From: a virus
Strand: one strand, 5' to 3'
Length of the DNA: 13,412 nucleotides
Virus record (IMG/VR): IMGVR_UViG_3300045988_043886
Coordinates: 1-13,412 of that record
Made by a program: the position numbers and the translations under genes. Positions 11,879 through 13,412 of this stretch are shown one piece after another. Below the pieces are notes generated by a model. The model was not told the origin of the DNA. It did no database searches and was given only the letters and a program-made list of their open reading frames with translations. Position 1 is the stretch's first letter; every line of letters begins with the position of its first letter.

Positions 11879-13412
11879 TTACAAAATATAGTATTGATTT
11901 ATTATTAATATACTATATTTTGTGCCAACTGTCAAAATGCACAAAGATTGAGCCATTGGGGAAGAAAATTTTGTGCAATCTGCTACAATACGGTTGCCAC
12001 TTGAAGTTCCAAGGAACTTAAAGGCACAGTCATTGACCCACATAGACCGACGGTTGACAGTGTTAAATCCGATCTGACAAGCGGATCCTCCACTACATAT
12101 AATCGGATGGTCGATGGACTGGAAAAGGTTGCCGGTGATAATAACACCCTGACTGTTGGTTACCGCGATACCAACACTTTCCCGGTCACCGATGAACTGA
12201 CAATTGGTGACCGTGCCCGCGCTGTTGAGGAACTCAACACACCGGTCATGCGCATTGAAATAGCAGCTATCAAGTGTAACCTGTCCGCTGCCCAGGTTAG
12301 TACAATAGATACATCTGATACACTGGTCGGCCACGTAGTTCCGAATGAAAATATTCCAGGCCGTAACATTCGAACCGCTGCTGTTGATCTGAATACCATA
12401 GTGCGGGCTTGCACACTCGCAGTCATCAATGAAAATATCGCGGATGTCATTGCTGTTATAAATGATGAACTGGGAACTATCGCCAGATAAGCTGTTCATA
12501 CTGCTAATGCAGTTATAGAAGCGGATGGAGGCATTGCCGGAAATGCCGGTTACACCGCCAGACGTTTCATCCAGCACGAAAGAACAGTAGCTTTCGGAAC
12601 TGGTATAGAAACAGTCGTGAACGATGTTGGACACCTGTACATTGACAGTATTTTTATAGTAACCGACGCGACGGCCACCAATACAATGGAAACTGTCAAA
12701 GAAGATTCGGCCGCATTTCACCACTTCGGTGAACTGCCCCACGCTCTCGACGGTCGCACACAGTGTGGCATTGACCAGGTATGACCGTTCCGGGGCACCG
12801 TCCGATGCCGAGATGCAGGCAGCCGACGTATCGAAAGCAATCACACCACCGCAAAAGTCATAACGAACATGACTTTCCATGTGGATTTTCTTAGTCACAT
12901 GGTACGGCGTAGTAGCAGTGACCTTTCCCGACGGGGTGCCCCACGATCCTTTGGAGGGGAACAAAATTGTGCCGGAAAAGCTATTCAGTGCACCGCCCCG
13001 GAACACGTCGGAAAGGTCGGTATCAATAAACCAGTCACCGATAATCTGCCCGGCAGTGATATTGTACTTACCGCCAGACGCACGCTTGAAATGCAGCTTG
13101 CAGGATGCAAGGGGCGCTTCCATCGTCACAGTGACGCCGGATGCCAGCAGAACAGCACCGTCCGTCATGAGCGGACAACCTAGGCTGACCGCCTGGGTGA
13201 TCTTATACGTACCTTTCGGAAAATACAGGTCCAGGCCGCTTGCAATGGCGGACTTGATGGCTGCCGTGTCGTCGGTGCTGCCGTCGCCTTTTGCTCCATA
13301 TTCTTTCACGTTTGCATAGGTAGTAGTCTGCTTTTCAAGGGCCGCAACGGCATTTTCCAGTTTCTTCACCGCCTGGGTACGTGCCGACGTTTCCGCGTCC
13401 AGGTCATTTTGC
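11879..13412 (-). CDS. Tailspike / pre-neck-appendage-like protein, main segment (pectate-lyase-fold right-handed beta-helix; 3' part of the junction-spanning CDS)
   Basis: VKEYGAKGDGSTDDTAAIKSAI is the typical N-terminal signature of the Pectate_lyase_3 / beta-helix depolymerase domain. Recurrent x[ND]Cx[FI] repeat motifs follow. The frame stays open to the window end and continues at 53..181. Stop TAA at 11879-11881. Confidence 0.8.
   Translation of the reverse strand, partial: QNDLDAETSARTQAVKKLENAVAALEKQTTTYANVKEYGAKGDGSTDDTAAIKSAIASGLDLYFPKGTYKITQAVSLGCPLMTDGAVLLASGVTVTMEAPLASCKLHFKRASGGKYNITAGQIIGDWFIDTDLSDVFRGGALNSFSGTILFPSKGSWGTPSGKVTATTPYHVTKKIHMESHVRYDFCGGVIAFDTSAACISASDGAPERSYLVNATLCATVESVGQFTEVVKCGRIFFDSFHCIGGRRVGYYKNTVNVQVSNIVHDCFYTSSESYCSFVLDETSGGVTGISGNASIRFYNCISSMNSLSGDSSQFIIYNSNDIRDIFIDDCECASPHYGIQINSSGSNVTAWNIFIRNYVADQCIRCIYCTNLGSGQVTLDSCYFNAHDRCVEFLNSAGTVTNCQFIGDRESVGIAVTNSQGVIITGNLFQSIDHPIICSGGSACQIGFNTVNRRSMWVNDCAFKFLGTSSGNRIVADCTKFSSPMAQSLCILTVGTKYSILIINQYYIL
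11881..11923. repeat. Perfect 14-bp AT-rich inverted repeat (acaaaatatagtat / atactatattttgt) with a 15-nt loop, covering the tailspike stop codon
   Basis: Every base of 11881-11894 pairs with 11910-11923. The loop tgatttattattaat contains only one G and no C. The repeat adjoins the promoter-bearing intergenic region. Confidence 0.85.
13360..13412. repeat. Terminal direct overlap, copy 2 (identical to 1..53)
   Basis: Same 53-nt string as 1..53. Confidence 0.95.

Noticed and set aside
1-13412. Alternative genetic code, lysogeny module, tRNAs
   Set aside because: All core genes are intact under the standard code, with TAA, TAG and TGA all used as stops. No integrase- or repressor-like ORF and no cloverleaf-like segment were noticed.

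Overview
The window looks like a complete, circularly closing genome of a very small phi29-like (Picovirinae/Salasmaviridae-type) podophage. The first 53 nt (1..53) are identical to the last 53 nt (13360..13412), so the unique unit is 13,359 bp. All convincing genes are on the minus strand. Most start behind strong Firmicute-type Shine-Dalgarno sites (AGGAGGTG), and many have overlapping or coupled starts. In transcription order (descending coordinates): an AT-rich promoter region (~11808..11878); an AT-rich island of small early ORFs that includes a duplicated cassette (11807..10950); a 103-aa basic-head/acidic-tail protein; a rho-independent terminator; a 76-aa ORF; a candidate terminal protein; a protein-primed-type family B DNA polymerase; a gp16-type packaging ATPase; a sigma-A-like promoter with a GC-rich structured leader; a YvrJ-like small membrane protein (holin candidate); a 77-aa ORF; a scaffold candidate with three 30-bp tandem repeats; a phi29 gp8-like major capsid protein; a terminator; a gp9-like tail knob; an M23 peptidase; a gp10-like portal; a lower-collar candidate; a 212-aa receptor-binding candidate; and a pectate-lyase-fold tailspike. 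The tailspike CDS runs across the window junction: it starts at 181, continues through 1 (= 13360) and ends at 11879. I saw no integrase, tRNA, CRISPR array or sign of stop-codon reassignment. The points most worth following up are: (i) the very small genome with a near-complete phi29 morphogenesis and replication gene set; (ii) a circular map and single-strand gene layout alongside a protein-primed replication module; (iii) an AT-rich early island holding a tandemly duplicated small-gene cassette with conserved flanks; (iv) a promoter-proximal three-way-junction RNA structure directly downstream of the packaging ATPase, in a genome with no recognisable pRNA; and (v) no canonical endolysin. 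All homology statements come from reading motifs by eye and from remembered phi29 sequences, not from computed searches.
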